NCBI GenBank assembly: GCA_041652815.1
Contig: JBAZGN010000002.1
Location: 8,209 to 72,208, forward strand
Direction of reading: 5' to 3'
Origin: Candidatus Omnitrophota bacterium
GTDB taxonomy: Bacteria; Omnitrophota; Gorgyraeia; Duberdicusellales; 4484-171
DNA length: 64,000 bases
Numbering within the stretch: position 1 is the stretch's first letter; every line of letters starts with the position of its first letter. Under the pieces are notes generated by a model. The model did not search any database and had not been told where the DNA came from. It saw only the letters and a list, made by a program, of their open reading frames with translations. A program made the translations under genes and the position numbers. Of this stretch, positions 13,164 through 27,600 are shown one piece after another.

Positions 13164-15658
13164 TTCTTCTCCAAGCGCAAACTTTATTTCCCCCTTCTCT
13201 CCCCATAACATCGCGACTCTCATACGCTATGCAGATTTAGAAAATGGTTTCAATGATACATATGAATGCAGTCTTGATTTGGAGAAAAAACCATTGAAGA
13301 GATTCAGAGCAATAGGCAATAAAGCTTATGATTTAGCAATGGTTTTAAACGAAGCATTAATAGTAGTTGAAGAAATTATCTCAAAAGGCGCCGATACAGA
13401 ACTTACGCGTTATTTCCAGACCAAGCTTAATATGTATTATAACCGTGGACCCCCTATTAAGATAAGGCTCAATTCCAAATTAACAGTTAACGCCGCAAGA
13501 TATTATAACAGGGTTACTAATACGGTAGAGATTATTTTAAATGAACGTTTTGCCTTGACTCTACTTGCTGCCCGTACGACTTTCCCAGAAGCTATACCAG
13601 TTATCTTTGGTGAACGCCTTTTCCATGAGCTCTGCCACACTAATAACGATGATATTAGGCTTGCCGTAGTCCATGAAGCTCACCGTATCGAAAGAGATCT
13701 TCAACTCCATCAATTAGTTGTCGCCAGCGGAAAACAAGCATTTATAGATGATTACTACCAACAATTACATCCTGTATGGCGCTCGGGCTATTACTTTAGG
13801 TTTCTTGGTAAACTAGGTAAACTTGAAGATAAAGTTCAACGCGGGAAAGCCATAGATGCTTATTTAAAGCGTGAATATCCCGTTATTACAGCTTCTAATC
13901 TTTCCATAACTTTAGGAAGGATAGAGCTGGGCCAGCATAACACTTCTGCCAAATTTGCCATCTACTCCGGGCCTCCAGGAGGAGGAAAAGGCGCTGTCTG
14001 GGAGAGATTCTCCAGTCTATTTAGCCATCAAATCGAGCGTTTTATATTATTCCATACCCGTTCAATGCGCAGCGGAGAAGTGCAGGATGAAACTTACCAT
14101 TATAGAAGCGAGGAGCATTTAAAGGCACTGGAAGCAGACGATAAAATTATAACTACAAAAATCAACAACCAATTACAAGGTTTAGCCATAGAGACATTTA
14201 CAGATACCTATATTGACCCTGAAACAAAAGAAGAAAGAACAACAACGGTAGTCGGTCTTGATACGGTATTTAACGGAGAGAAGGTAGTTGTTCTTGAATG
14301 CGGATTAGCCTGGTTTGAAGTTCTAAGCGGTAAATATCCTGACCTTTATTCTATATTTATCTCACCATTTTCCGCTGAATATCTTGAAAAGAGTTCACAT
14401 GACCCCCAAGCGGCATTTGAAGCAATCATCGGTAAAGAGATTGCTTTGAGAATTCATAGCAGAGAATGTAAGAATGCTAAAGCAGCCGCAGACAAATTTA
14501 AAACGGATCCCCAAGCAAAACTCTACACCCCCACTCCCCAAGCAGAATATATCGATAGAATTAAAGAAGCAGTAGAACAGGTAAGAAGGCGGCATGAATA
14601 TAAACTTGTTTTAGTCAATGAATGGGTACCGGAAGATCAGTTTGAAGAAGCTATTTTAAAGCTGACCGAAGAATTTGCCAAAGGTATCTTCTCCAACCTC
14701 TTAAGAGCGTTAGAGATGCCTTTTGACGATAATGCTTCAGCAGACCAATTAGCAATGATTCTGTCGGCAGCAGACCTTAAAACAAAATCAACTTCTGCCA
14801 AATTTGCCATATACTCCGGGCCTCCAGGAGGAGGAAAAGGCGCTGTCTGGGAGAGATTTATCGAACATTATAGTAATGTTTATAATATCTATGGGGAGCC
14901 ATTAATTGCTAGATTTAGGCTTTTCCATACCCGGGCAAAAAGGCCAGGAGAAACACAGAATGAACATTATTACTATAGAAACGGTATTCATCTCAACAAG
15001 CTAAGAATTGAAGGTAAAATTATCACTACCTTGATTAATAATCAGCTTCAAGGATTGGCTTTAACCAGCTTCGCCGATACTTATACTGATCCCGAGACCA
15101 ATCAGCAGGAACAATTTGATGTTGTCGGCCTTGACTCGGTATTCAAAGGTGGGCAGATAGTTCTCTTGGAAGGAGGCCTAGGCTGGTTTGAACAGTTACA
15201 ACAGATGTACGGTAAGGATATTTTTAGTATCTTTATATCACCCTTTAGCGATGGCTATATTGACAGGCAGTCCAATAACCCGCAATCAGCCTTCAAAGCC
15301 ATAGTAGGCAAGGAAATTGCCTTGAGAATCCATGCCCGTGAATGCAAAGATGCCAAAAAGAGAAAAGAGAATGCTGAAGTAGATAAAGAGCAGGGCAATC
15401 GTGAAGCTATAAGACTTTTCTCCCCTACGCCACAGCAGGAATTTATCAACCGGATAGAAGAAGCAGTAGAGCAAGTCGCAAGAAGAGGAGAATATAGTGA
15501 TATCTTAGTAAATACTTGGGTGCATAACGAAGAAGAATTCCGTCAAGCAGTAAGGGAACTTACTGAAACATTATCTGTAAATGTCTTCTCCCATCTTTTT
15601 AATGAACTGAGAGAAGGTTATGTCAAGGCATTTGGGGGAGCGAGTTCGGCGGTGGCAA
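13164..15658 (+). repeat. Segmental duplication, copy A-prime. It contains guanylate-kinase-like domains 5 and 6 (P-loops at about 13969 and 14818) and HELCH at 13624-13638.
   Basis: Identical to 8207-10702. It starts in frame 2 and is restored to frame 1 by a 1-nt shorter run: cttctcccccat here versus cttctctccccat in copy A. The preceding TAA at 13144 is the only in-frame stop in the window. Confidence 0.9.
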
Positions 15659-18600
15659 AAGGCAAAGATTTTGACATCATTGTTCGATTTTTTGATGGTG
15701 ACCAAGATGCGACCTTTGCCGCATTAAGAAACTGGCAGCGTGAATTCAAAGAGATTCTGGGACAAGATAGAACTATGGTGCAACTCACTACTTTCAAAGA
15801 CGATAAGCATCCCGATGGCACAGAATATTTCCGTGTTACAGACGAGAACGGAAACTATACAGGAGAAATTCGTCCTCGTGATCTTTGCCATATTGATGGC
15901 ACTTGGCACAGAAGCGTATTTATGATTTTAATTGATAAAGAAGGGCGAATGTTAGTTCAGATAAGGTCTGACAATAAAAAGTTTTTTCCTGGTTGCCGTG
16001 ATACTTCTGCCAGCGGTCATTTAGGTCTTACAGAAGATTATATCGATGGAGCGATCAATGAAACTCAGGAAGAAGTATTTAATTCCCAGCTTAAGCTAGA
16101 TAGGGCAAGGATAATACAAATCGGCGGAGATTCTTTTCTTACCGTAGTTCATTCGTATCCCGATAATAAGCTTAATGATCGGGAACGCTCATCTTTATTT
16201 GTATATATTGTTAATAATGAAGAAAAATCAAGAATTGAGAAGCAAGAAAGTGAGGTTAAAGCTCTTGAATGGGTAGATTTGGAAGAAGAATTGTCCTATC
16301 TTGATTTTTGGATGAAACATCATAATGAGGCTGCCCGTAACGGTCTAGATTATGCTGCCTTGGGAATTGATATATTATCTAATCAAGCAATTGTGGCTAA
16401 GCTGCGAAATATAATAAAAGATAAAGCTATCGGAAGAAATAGTTTAGACGATAGCAGCTCTTCCTCGATTTCTACAAAACCGCTATGGCGTGTTCAGATG
16501 GAAAAGCATACTAGACGAATATTTGCATGGGTTTGCGAACGCGAGGTTATCCCCCGGGATTATGATCTTCTTTGGGTATTAGGATCAGCATCAGTCCGTG
16601 TTGCGGTAGAAGCCGCAAATCAATGGAAGAGAAAACCAACAAAAGTCCTTATTACTGGTGGCATTGGCCGTGAAAGTGTCACCTTTAATCAAGTAAGTAG
16701 TGGGGATTTTTCTCAGGAGGCATTAAGGGCGATAGACGATACTTTAGATCGGTTATTTCGTTTAAGAAGCGCAAAAGTTGCGGCAATTTTCTGGCAAGAA
16801 ATATACAGAAGGTCCGGCATTAAAAACGGTAAAGACAGAGAAAAAATAGCTAATCCAAAAATTATGAAAACAATACGACAAATTGCTAAAAATGGTGATT
16901 TCGTAGGAAGTAGTTCACCGGTTGAAATAAAAAGACCAGAAAAAATAATAATATGGCCAAACGATAAGGAGGCCGCTTATGGTGAGCTTGTTGGCGGTAA
17001 AGGCAAGAGTTTAACCGAATTGGCGCAGGTAGTCGATGTACCAGAAGCTTTTTTTATCAGTACCGAGGCATACAGATATTTTATTGTAGTAAATTATATC
17101 AACAGACTAATCAATGAATTAGATGTGTTATCTCATGCTTGGATCCTATCAAAATTACAAAGCGAGTTAAGAATTAGCAATAAAAATAGCGAAAACGAAG
17201 AGGAGCTTCGTAATCGCATTGAAAGTAAATCAAAGAAAATTAGACAGGTAATTCAGAGTGCAGAATTCCCTATTTTTATTGTTGAAAGCATAACATCCGC
17301 ATATAAAACTTTATCCGTACAATTTAACCAAGACGATTTAGCTGTTGCAGTTAGATCTTCGGCAACATCTGAAGATCAAGCGGGTATGTCTGCAGCCGGT
17401 CAACACGATACGTATCTTAATCAGAAAAACATAACGCAAATCCTGGTTGCCACTAAAGGTTGTTGGGCTTCACTTTTTAACGACAGGGCCGTTGATTACC
17501 GCAATAAGCAAGCGTTTTCTAAGCTTATAAGAAAATATAGAACAAACGAAACAGTAAAGCTAGAAAAAAATATGTCTGGTATTCCTCTCCATGCAGCGGT
17601 AAATATGTGTACGGTCGTGCAAAGAATTATAGAACCTAAAGTTTCAGGAATTGGTTTTAACGTTGACCCCGTAAATGGTCAAAAAGTTATACGTCTTAGC
17701 GTCAATTATGGTTTTGGTGAGTCAATTGTTGCTGGTAATATTACACCGGAAGCATGGTGGATTGATGCTGAGGAGGATAAGATTATTGGATGGAGAATTG
17801 GTTCCAAAGTTGAAAAGATTATAAAAGGAAGGGACAGTGGAATAGTTTCTATACGAACATCAGAAGCAGAATCCAAGACATTTGCTTTAAGGGACGAACA
17901 AGTTCTAGAAACAGCACGGGCAATTCGTAAGATTGCAAGGCATTATGCGTATACGCAAGGCATAAAGCGAATTGATACAGAATATCTTTTTGATGAAAAT
18001 GATAGGCTTTATTTTGTCCAAACTCGTCCAGAAACAGCTTTCGAACAGAGAGATATGAAATTTACGGTTTCTCCCGATGCTATTCAGGATATTGACAATG
18101 TAACTCTCAATGGAATAGTTGCTAGTTTAGGCTCTGCTATAGGAAGATTAAACATTGTTAGGCATCCCAGTGAGGTAAATGATGGAGATGTGGTGGTTAC
18201 TTTTGCAACAAATCCTGATTGGGCTTTAAGTATGGGCAGGGCAAGAGCGGTTATTACGGACAGAGGTGATGATTTGTGTCATGCTGCTATAGTGAGTAGG
18301 GAATTGAATTTCCCATGCATAGTCGGAACAGGTAAGGCTACTGATTCTTTACAAAAATATCAGGGAGAAATTGTAACGCTTGATACATTTAGGCGCATGC
18401 TTTTTAAGGGTGCATTACCTCTCATTGAAAAAACAACCAAGGGTAGCATAGAAGACAAAATCGTTACTGTAAAAACTATAAAAGAAACTATAACTGAGGA
18501 TATTGATGAAATTAGGGCACGCGGACGAAGCATATTTGATGCAATAGGAATCGAATGGCACGGAAGGCCACCACATTATGTACCAACACTTCAAAGAGAT

Positions 18601-21600
18601 TTGATGGTTGAATCATACCAAACGGTAGGACAAATGTTTAATTGTCAGTTTAGAACAATGGTTAAAGACGGTATTGTCTATGTTCGGATAAGCGATAATT
18701 TTAATCCACGCTACGTTTTAGAGGCAATTTCTTTAGAAGATTTTGAGAAGTTGATGGCTTCAAGAGATGAAAATGTCGAAGAATTATTACGATTTATGGA
18801 ACATTTTACTTTTACTCCAGAAAATTTAAGAAAATTCAGAAAGCTTTATATTTTATTCATTGCTTATATGTCAATATCCCGAGAGCTGAGAACTCTTACC
18901 CAGAGAATGCTTGTTGAGCCATTTAATAGAATACCTTCTTTTTTAAAGGAAACAATCTTAACAGCAGCAGCGCAACAATTTCCGCTAACCTCTCTTGACG
19001 CGATAAAAGAGTACGAAGGAATTCTTTATGAAGCAAGAGGGTTGTTGCAGTTATTCTTGGAAAATGAGCCTATCACGGTTAGTACTTTACTTGATGAGTC
19101 CAACCCATTATTATCGCAAAAAATTAAAACATACATAAGTAAGTATAAACATCGCGGCATGAAGGCTGATATACAAGTTGCACCTCCGATAGATGACTTT
19201 TTTGAACACATTAAATCAGATTTACTAGAGAAGGCTCCGCGATTCGAAGAAAGAAGGTTAAGCCTTGAACTCGAACTTGAAAAAACTAAGGACTATTTTG
19301 AGAACGATACAGAATTTCAAGAATTTAAGCATAAAGTAGTATTAGGTGCAGCTGCAGCAGTACAAATGGAAAATGAACACCATTATAAAGCCCGTATACA
19401 TTTCAAAATAAGAGAAGAACTTATAAAATTTGCAAATCATATGATGGGGCTAGGCATAATTGATAGCCAAAATGATGTTTTCGAAATTCCCATTGAAAAT
19501 ATTATTTTGCTGGCAGAAGAGAGTTCTTCTCCGTTGCAACTTCCGGTTGAGATCGAAAAAGAATATTTAACGAGAGTAACGCATCTTGCTAGAACCGGCA
19601 TAATTAATCCCGATATAGTTAAGCAGGTTGAATTTTCAATGCGTAGTGAAGAACTTAATATGTATTTTATTGCCATGCAAAGTATTCTCTCTGCTGAAGT
19701 TAAAACCAAAATTACAGCCGAAGTTGCATTTAAAGCTGCTCAAAGAACTCTTGGGAGTAGGCAATCACATGTGAAAGCTAACATAGGTCTTCACCCGGGC
19801 ACAATGAATCCACTTACCTACGGGCATATTATCGAAGATTTAGGAGTAATTTTGGATAAGCGTCTTGACGCAGTAGTTATTGCGGTTGGAGGAAATGTGC
19901 CAGATAAGCCTTTTGCGCCTGCGCATTCATTACGTAGGGAAATGACCGAAGCGGGTATAAATAGTGCAGACCATTTAGGCAACTATATATTTGTAACTTC
20001 TATACGAGAACAAATTGCTAATATATTTGTTTCCAATAATGCGTTGGCTTTTGTAGGCGAAAGCCCCGAAGAACGCAGGTTAAATATGGATATTGCGGCA
20101 TTTGCATGGCTTTTTGCGGCCTATCCTTTTGTGCATTGGCTCTATATTATAGGTGAAGATAAGCTTATCGATTATGGAAGAAAAAAGGAAGTTGAACTTT
20201 TACAAAATACTCTTTACAGGGTAGGCGCCAATATAGTTTATTTCTTGCGTAAGGCTCATGGGGGTTTTTCTTATGATGAGCATATTAAACCTTTTCCTTG
20301 GTTAAGGGCTCTTTGGGATGAAGGAATATTTATCAAATGTACGATTCCTTACATTGATTATATCTCATCTACTATAGTACGGAAAGCTTTCGCTGGCTCG
20401 ACAGAAGCTATAGAAGGATTATTTTTTAGCGAGGTAATTCCGCAAGGTGTGATTGATTTTATACAGGCTCGACCATTTCTTGCCAAATTATATTTGATAG
20501 AGCACTTAATTAATGAGGCAAGGCATTTTGCCGATGAAGGAAACTTTGACGGTGCAAAGAATAGATATACACAAGCTTTAAATATTATTAATACTTTAGA
20601 TAGTGCTAATATAAATATCTCTGGAGTAGATTTATTTGGTTTAAGAAAAATGATAATTACTGAAATGTTCAAGATAGAAGATACAGTTAATGATAATCTT
20701 TCGAATGGGGATATGGTGTCTTCAGCCTCAACAAATCCTATGTGGCGCATTGAGGTGAGAAGAAATATACTTAACATATTAGGTTTGATTTATGAACATA
20801 ATAATATTAAAGCAAAATCTTCAAACCATATTAATTTAAGGTTTGGAGATTATGAACAGAAAAGGAACAGAAAGAATAGTAACGCAAATTCACCCGTATC
20901 TTTTACGCAACAGGCGATAGCTGATATTAAAAATGCAAGAGAAGCGGCTCGACAAAAATTAGGGATATCTTATGCGATACCGATAATTTTATACGGTAGT
21001 TATTCTAAGAGGAGCCAAAGAGCCGGATCTGATTTAGATATATCTGTTGTGTATGGAGATATGCCATTTAGCGGTAGATTTAAAAAAATACAAAAAGCAT
21101 ATGAATTTGCTGATGTTTTTCATGGGGAATTACGCGGGCTGGGATATTATATTGATTCAACGCACGATTTTCTTTTGGTAGAAAGCTTGGATGAATTTGT
21201 CAGAGCGCGCTATATAGATACATTAGCTGCTTTAAAGAAAGTAATTCTAATAACAAAAAATAGTGTCGAGTTAGTTGATATCAATCGGGTAGTTGCATTA
21301 GTAAGATTAGCGCATTTTGGAAGTCAAGAGATTGGTGGTAATCTCGCAAGCTTAATCTCTTCGCGCAGTTACCCATTCAATGGGCTCACCGATCAAGAAC
21401 ACCAATTATTAACCAAAGGATTAACGCGGCAAGGACTATTGGAAATAACCAGTTCGCCGGCACAAGCTGCCAGTCGGTCATTTAAATATCCCGTTGTTTT
21501 TGACCCCAGAACCCAGCAAATAGGAAGATATCGCATGCAATTTGAGACAGAAGTAAATGTAAAAGTTGAGCGGGGCAAAGTAGCGATTATCAATCATCCA

Positions 21601-24600
21601 AAGGGAATTAAATATGCGTATAATCTGGATACCCTGCTGGAGCGATTGAAAAAAGCCGCAGCGACACTGCCCTTAACGGCTTCGTTTGAAAGTACAATTG
21701 TTCTCACGCCCAATGTCAGCGTAATTGAAGTACCGGGAGTTGGCGAGTGTAAATTTGTATCTGAATATGACATTTTAACCGGAAAAATCAAGATTTACTT
21801 TTTATTCGCCTTGGATGACGACGAAACGTTAGCTACCTGCTTACGCAGCACCCCACAGGAAGCTGATCATTTTCTTGTTACAGCTTTGCGTGATGAATTA
21901 CTACACGCTGCAGGATTAAACCAGCAACAAGCAGATAGTACAACTTTAGAGTGGTTGGCGCGGCCCGCCAGTCGAGATTATCTATGGGCTAATATTACCG
22001 TGCTAGATCCAGCCAATAAAAACAGTATGTATGCATTGGGAAGATGGTTTACGTATTTAGAGTCGAAAGAAGTAGGAACATTACGTGATAAAACCCGGAT
22101 TCAAAAATTAGACCAACGAATGACAGGGCTGATTGTTAATGATGTAGTTGAAGATAACCATATTTATCACGCAATAAGCAACTGTTGTCCTTGCCGGCAT
22201 AAATATGGTTATTACCATTATGGAAGAGAATACAACAGTTATTTCAATGTTATGGAAGCAGTTGAAACCGGGCCGACAGGAGCTGACTCTACAGACTTAG
22301 AACGGTATTATGGATATAGCATTCGTTACCGAACAAAAACAGAAAACATTAGAGAGATCCATTTCTCTGCAGCTAATTTTATTTGTGCCACTGTAAATAA
22401 CCTCAACCCGCCATTGGATGGAAGCAATCTTTGGGATGGCATAGAGAATTATAACTTGGTTGAATTTGTACTTTTTTCGCCGAAATTTTCCTCTACCCGT
22501 ATTACCCCTGTACAAGGTATGTGGTTATCGCGTTTCGCTAACATTAAAGATGATCGGATATTAGCTTATTGCGTTATGCACGCCCCGTATATTATTAGAA
22601 CATATGACAGTGATCAGGTCTGGGATGAATTCATTTCAGGATTAAAAGTAGAGGATTTACCAGAGAATTATCAAACTCTTAAAGTAAGTTCATCAATCGC
22701 TAATTGTGAGATAACAAGTGTAAAAAATAGAAAGTGGCAGATTCCAAGTGCAAGTTCTCCGGCAAGGTTAGAGGAATTAAAACGGAACACTAAGAGGCTC
22801 GAGTTAGAGCTTGATAAGATAGATAGTGCCATAGCCAGTGACAGATACAAAGAGCTAGGAGAAAGGCCATTTGAAGGTGTTGAGCAAGATAGCTGGCCTT
22901 ACCGTTATCTATCAACCTTGTTAGCCGAGTTAGGTAATTTACGCAGGTTAAGAATAACATTTGGTGTTGAGTTAAAAGAGGCCAGCAAGGAAATTTCTCA
23001 ATTAGAAAATCCGCCAACCACAAGCTCGCCGGTACCTTCTACACGACAGGCAATAGCTGATATTATAAATGCACGAGAAGCGGTTCGACAAAAATACAGT
23101 AAAGATGCAATTTCCTCAAGTGTTGAGCCTATTTTAAGCCATCTGATTCATGGAAAGTGGGAGATAAACAAAGCTGAAAATGCAGATGCGGTTTATCTGA
23201 AGGGAGATTTGTATTATCGGGACCAGCTAATCGGTTCTGTAGGGAGGAAGAGAGAATCGCAAGGAATACTTATAGATGCAATCGGTTGCGCTATTTATGT
23301 GTGCCATGATGTAAAAATGAACTTACATACATTAGATTTGGCAAAAGAGTTTGCTGCCAGAAGCTATCTGATAGGGTATTTAATCGGCAAAGCTTTGGGG
23401 TTTAATCCCAAGTGGGCATTGGCTTACTATGTGATTACTGCAATTGATTATCAAAGAGATGATCAGATGAGTACGCCTCATACTGGCTTAATAGTTACAA
23501 TGCGTAGAGAATGGGGGAAGCTTGCTACCTCATTAGGATTCAATAAAGGCGAAAAGGATGACCGGCTTGCTGAATTTGATAGGCGAATAAGAAGTAAGAT
23601 TGGGCCAAGCGATGAATTTGGCTATAGGTATTATGACTTTTATAAGTTTGTCCGTGATGTATCGCGCGAGTGGATAAGATGGTTTTATCTGGACAGGGCT
23701 CTGGGTTTTTATGCTCAGAGAGATGTTTCGGACGATGGCCTTCTTGTCCGAATGGGATTTGATGGCAGCTGGCAAGGTGTAAGAAAGCAGTTACAACTAA
23801 GCCTCGAAGAAGAGTTCAGCCAGTTAAATTTAGGCCCAATCCCAGAGCAGGTTTTTACAGGAGTAGACGCAGCAGAGAGCGTAAGCTCGCCTGTTAATGT
23901 AGAGGAGCAGATTAAACAATCAGACAGATTACGAGGATTGGTTATTCCATTAATTGAAGGTATTACTGAGGCTGCCGAAGAATGGTCAGCGTTAGAGAGG
24001 AACGGTTTGGAAGATGAAGCATTAACAGCTAGCCTTAAGTATGCTTACAGGTGTTTAATCTATGCAAGAGATGAATTAGTCCAAATGCAGCAGGATTTAC
24101 AACAGCTTCGTAATGATTTAGAGGCAGGCATTCGTGAGGCAACAAGAGAATTAATGGGGGGTATAATGCCGGCTGAAGAGCATGAAACTTGGTGGAATTT
24201 TGTTATTAAATATACTGAAGAACGTATTGAAGGAATCGAAAAACTATTAGCAGAATTAAACCAGCTTCATCAGATTATACTGAACGTTGCCCAACGGGAA
24301 AATAAAGGCACAGGCTCATCGGCGGTTGCAGCCCGTGCTCAACGGTCGATAGCCAATATTGACGCAGTTGCAGCAAACAGCAGCGCATCTTCGGATGATA
24401 GGTTGCCATTGGTTGAAACGCGCAAAAGCCTTACCTATATATATAGAGGACTGGAAGGTAATAGTTTTAACCCAAGAGGCTCCAGCCCGATAAGTGATGA
24501 TGAATTTAGAGTTCAACTTGGAGAAGATTATTCGCTATGGTTAGCGCAATTCCTAAGCGGCATTAAAGAAGAAGTTGCGCGTCTTATCATTAGCCATTGG

Positions 24601-27600
24601 AATATTTTTAGACGGATACTGCATCCGCACTATCGCCAGGTACAAAAATTGCTGGAAACATCAGAAGATAACCGTCCACGCTTTACCGAACGCGGCCAGA
24701 CTAGTTTTGTGACAAGAGACGTTACGGACGGAGAGATATATGAAAGAGACATATTTGACGTTGTTTGGTTTCAAGTTCCTAAGTTTGTTTCGTGGCCTGA
24801 AAGTATTTGGAAAATTTTTATTGGTACCCTTACCGTTACCACGGCAGATAAAATAATAAGGCAAGGCGGCGCAAGCTCGCCGTTGACAGAGCACCAGAGC
24901 ACTAGCGCACCAGCCTCCAGTAGAAAGACGAGAGACGAGAGACCAACGACGAATGACGTTCTATCAGCAGGTAGCAGTGCGGTAATAAATAACGAGTTAC
25001 CGTTAGTTGGAATAAGAAGTAGCCTTACCCCTATATATATAGGTAATGCGAGAAATATTCACAGCCCAAGAGCGCCGCCAGCGAGTTCACCGCTATTACC
25101 GGGCGCAAGTTCGCCTGCAGGATTTGATGTTAGGGGCGAAGAGTTCAGGCAAAGAAGAAAGGAATTAGTGCGTAATCTCGAAGCAGTGCAAGGAAATATA
25201 CGTAAAACCGAATGGGAAATTCAAAAATTAGAGGGAATAATTTCTACGCGCAGAGATTCGCGCGTTTTAGTAGAGAGAAAAGCAGCACTGAGATTAGAAT
25301 TAAGGAATTTGCTGGCTTACGAGCAACAGTTGCAAAGTATTTGGGCAGAGTTAGCCGAAGAGTTTCAAGAGTTGCAAAAAATAACCCATCTTCAACATAT
25401 TGCAGATATATTACGCCAGTTGCCATCGTTTGAGGGAAGAAGAGACGCTGATAGTGACGCAGGAAGCTCGCCGGTTGCAGACGGCTTTATCAGTGAAAAA
25501 CAGAGAGACAATATTGCCACTGCAATCAGGCGGATGTATCATTCAAGCGCTACAGAAGTTATCCCTTGGATTATTCGGATACAGTCATTAATCGCCCCCC
25601 TTAAGTTAAAACTTAGCGTAGATGCAAAATACGAAAATTTAACCGAACAAATTTCCACAATAGAAATTAAATTGAATAATATATTCCTCGGTCCCCAAGG
25701 CCTAAACCGCCTGCATAAAGACGTTAAAATTGGAACAAGTTTTCTTAACCCGCCAGCGGTAGTTGAAGTTGCTGATTGGAGAGAGCGTTTCGATGCAATT
25801 ATTAGAGATGTAGAAGCTATGGAAAGCGAAATGTCCGGCATATTTAAGCAGCATTCTGATGTCAAAGTAATACAGCAACGCAAAGATGAAACATTGCGAT
25901 ACTTTGGTGTGTTGTCGTACATACTTAAAAGCAGCAGGGCTCTTTTTGACGGCAAACGTAGTAAACAAAAAGTTTCTTTGGCCGTGCTTGAGGCAATAAT
26001 CAAAAAAGCCGCAATTCATGGAGCAGCAGAGAATGTGCATATTATTAATAACATAAAAGGCAGAAATGTTGTTGTTAGCTTAGAGCTTTTGGAATTTGAA
26101 AATATAATTTCTAATTTAGTAACTAATGCGCGGGAAGCACAGGAAAACGATACCCAGAAACGTAAGCTAATTGTAATAGGTATTAATATAAATAAAGGTA
26201 AACTTGTGGTGTATGTGGCGGATATCGGCCCAGGTATAGAAAAAGACAAATTGAAATGTAGTAATTATGATAAATGGCCAGTCATAACCGGTTTAAACAT
26301 TTCAACCAAGAATGTTCATACTGACGGGCATTTTGATGTGGCTGTTGATGAATTTGATAATATACGCGGGTTAGGATTGGCAGAACTTCGTGTATTCCAG
26401 AAAGATGTTGGGGAAAATGGCAAGCGTACGATACGCACTATTTCTCGAGGAAAACTTTTAGGGAAAATCCCGAAAAGCCTTGTTAGAAACCTTGCCAAAG
26501 GCAGGCGTGATGTTCGCGGTACGACTATAGCCGTATATATCCCTGTTGAACATTCCGGACGCAGAAAAACAAGCAGCCCTCTATCGGCAAGCCATAACCA
26601 ACTTACATATTCAGAAAAAGAAAATAATCCCGCGGCAAGCAGTTCCCCTGTTTACGACCACAACTTGGTTTTAGACCAAGTTCAATTAAGGGGCCTTTAT
26701 GAAGCCCAAATGAAAGGTAACTGGGGTCTCATTCAGGGTCGTCAGGCAGAACTGCAGGCAACTATGCTACGTGATGTCGCAAATTCCTGGAATATTTTCC
26801 AGGGAAATGATTATTCCATCAAACCGCTTTTCGATATGAATAATCCTTTGGCGCAGTCCCATACCCTCGAAAAGCAGGAATGCGTAAAATATAATCTTTA
26901 CAAAGTTAACGCTGAAGGTAAATCCACCGGCCATTTAACCGAATTCGATGATAAATCCGAAGCTTCTACCGCCGGCATTCGGGCTTTTATCAATCTTTTG
27001 TTCAGCCATGACCCCAATAAAATGTATAACGACAGGTTCTTGGCCATACTTATCGAAGCCGAAGCGCAATTCTTACGCGAAGTCCATGCCAAGCTTCGTA
27101 CTCAGTTTCCTCAGGATGATGCCGGAGTAATTGAACTTGCCACCAGGCTGCGCCATGAAATGCCTGAACAGGCTACAAGGGTTATTGAGGAAATTTACGA
27201 AAGGCCTCTTGAGGAAATTATCCCGTTTCTACGAGACAATGTGGTTAAGCTCGTGGGAGGAGAAGTAAGAGTACATACAGCTAAGTTTGTAGAGATGGAA
27301 ACACGCATGCTGGCTTCTCACGGCATCTATACTATCACTTTGCCCCGTTATACCGATAGTGTCACAATTTATATGTTCAGCTTCCTTACCTTTATATTAG
27401 GAGCCTGCGGTGCTACCCACTATACTTCAAGCCACAGCGCTAACTATCTCTACGGCCGAAAAGTCCTTGCGCCGGACGGCTCGCAGCTTTTACCCGATGT
27501 TTACGAGCGTTACCGCCAAATCTTACGTAAGATTATCGTTGATAAAATCTATAATGGAGAAGGCTATTCCCTGAATATGGCTTCTCTGAACGACCCTCAT

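Noticed and set aside
13142-13237. Continuation of the protein in frame 2 across the junction, which a +1 frameshift would give
   Set aside because: Frame 2 reads FKKTGNISSSPSANFISPFSPITSRLSYAMQI and then hits TAG at 13235, so it does not continue.
13339-13341. The ATG at 13339 (or the TTG at 13279) as a start codon for a second gene
   Set aside because: Both lie in the middle of a conserved HExxH-type domain that is collinear with copy A. Neither has an upstream Shine-Dalgarno sequence. The 54-nt gap after the TAA is the duplication junction and not an intergenic region.
8207-15658. The identical 2.5 kb direct repeats as IS elements or a CRISPR array
   Set aside because: The repeats contain no transposase and no terminal inverted repeats. 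They are in-frame protein-coding domain sequence, far too long for CRISPR repeats, and have no spacer structure.
27380-27440. A phosphohexomutase active-site motif (TASHNP-like) at GATHYTSSHSANY
   Set aside because: The similarity is weak and isolated. The surrounding sequence does not show other phosphohexomutase features that I could recognise by eye.
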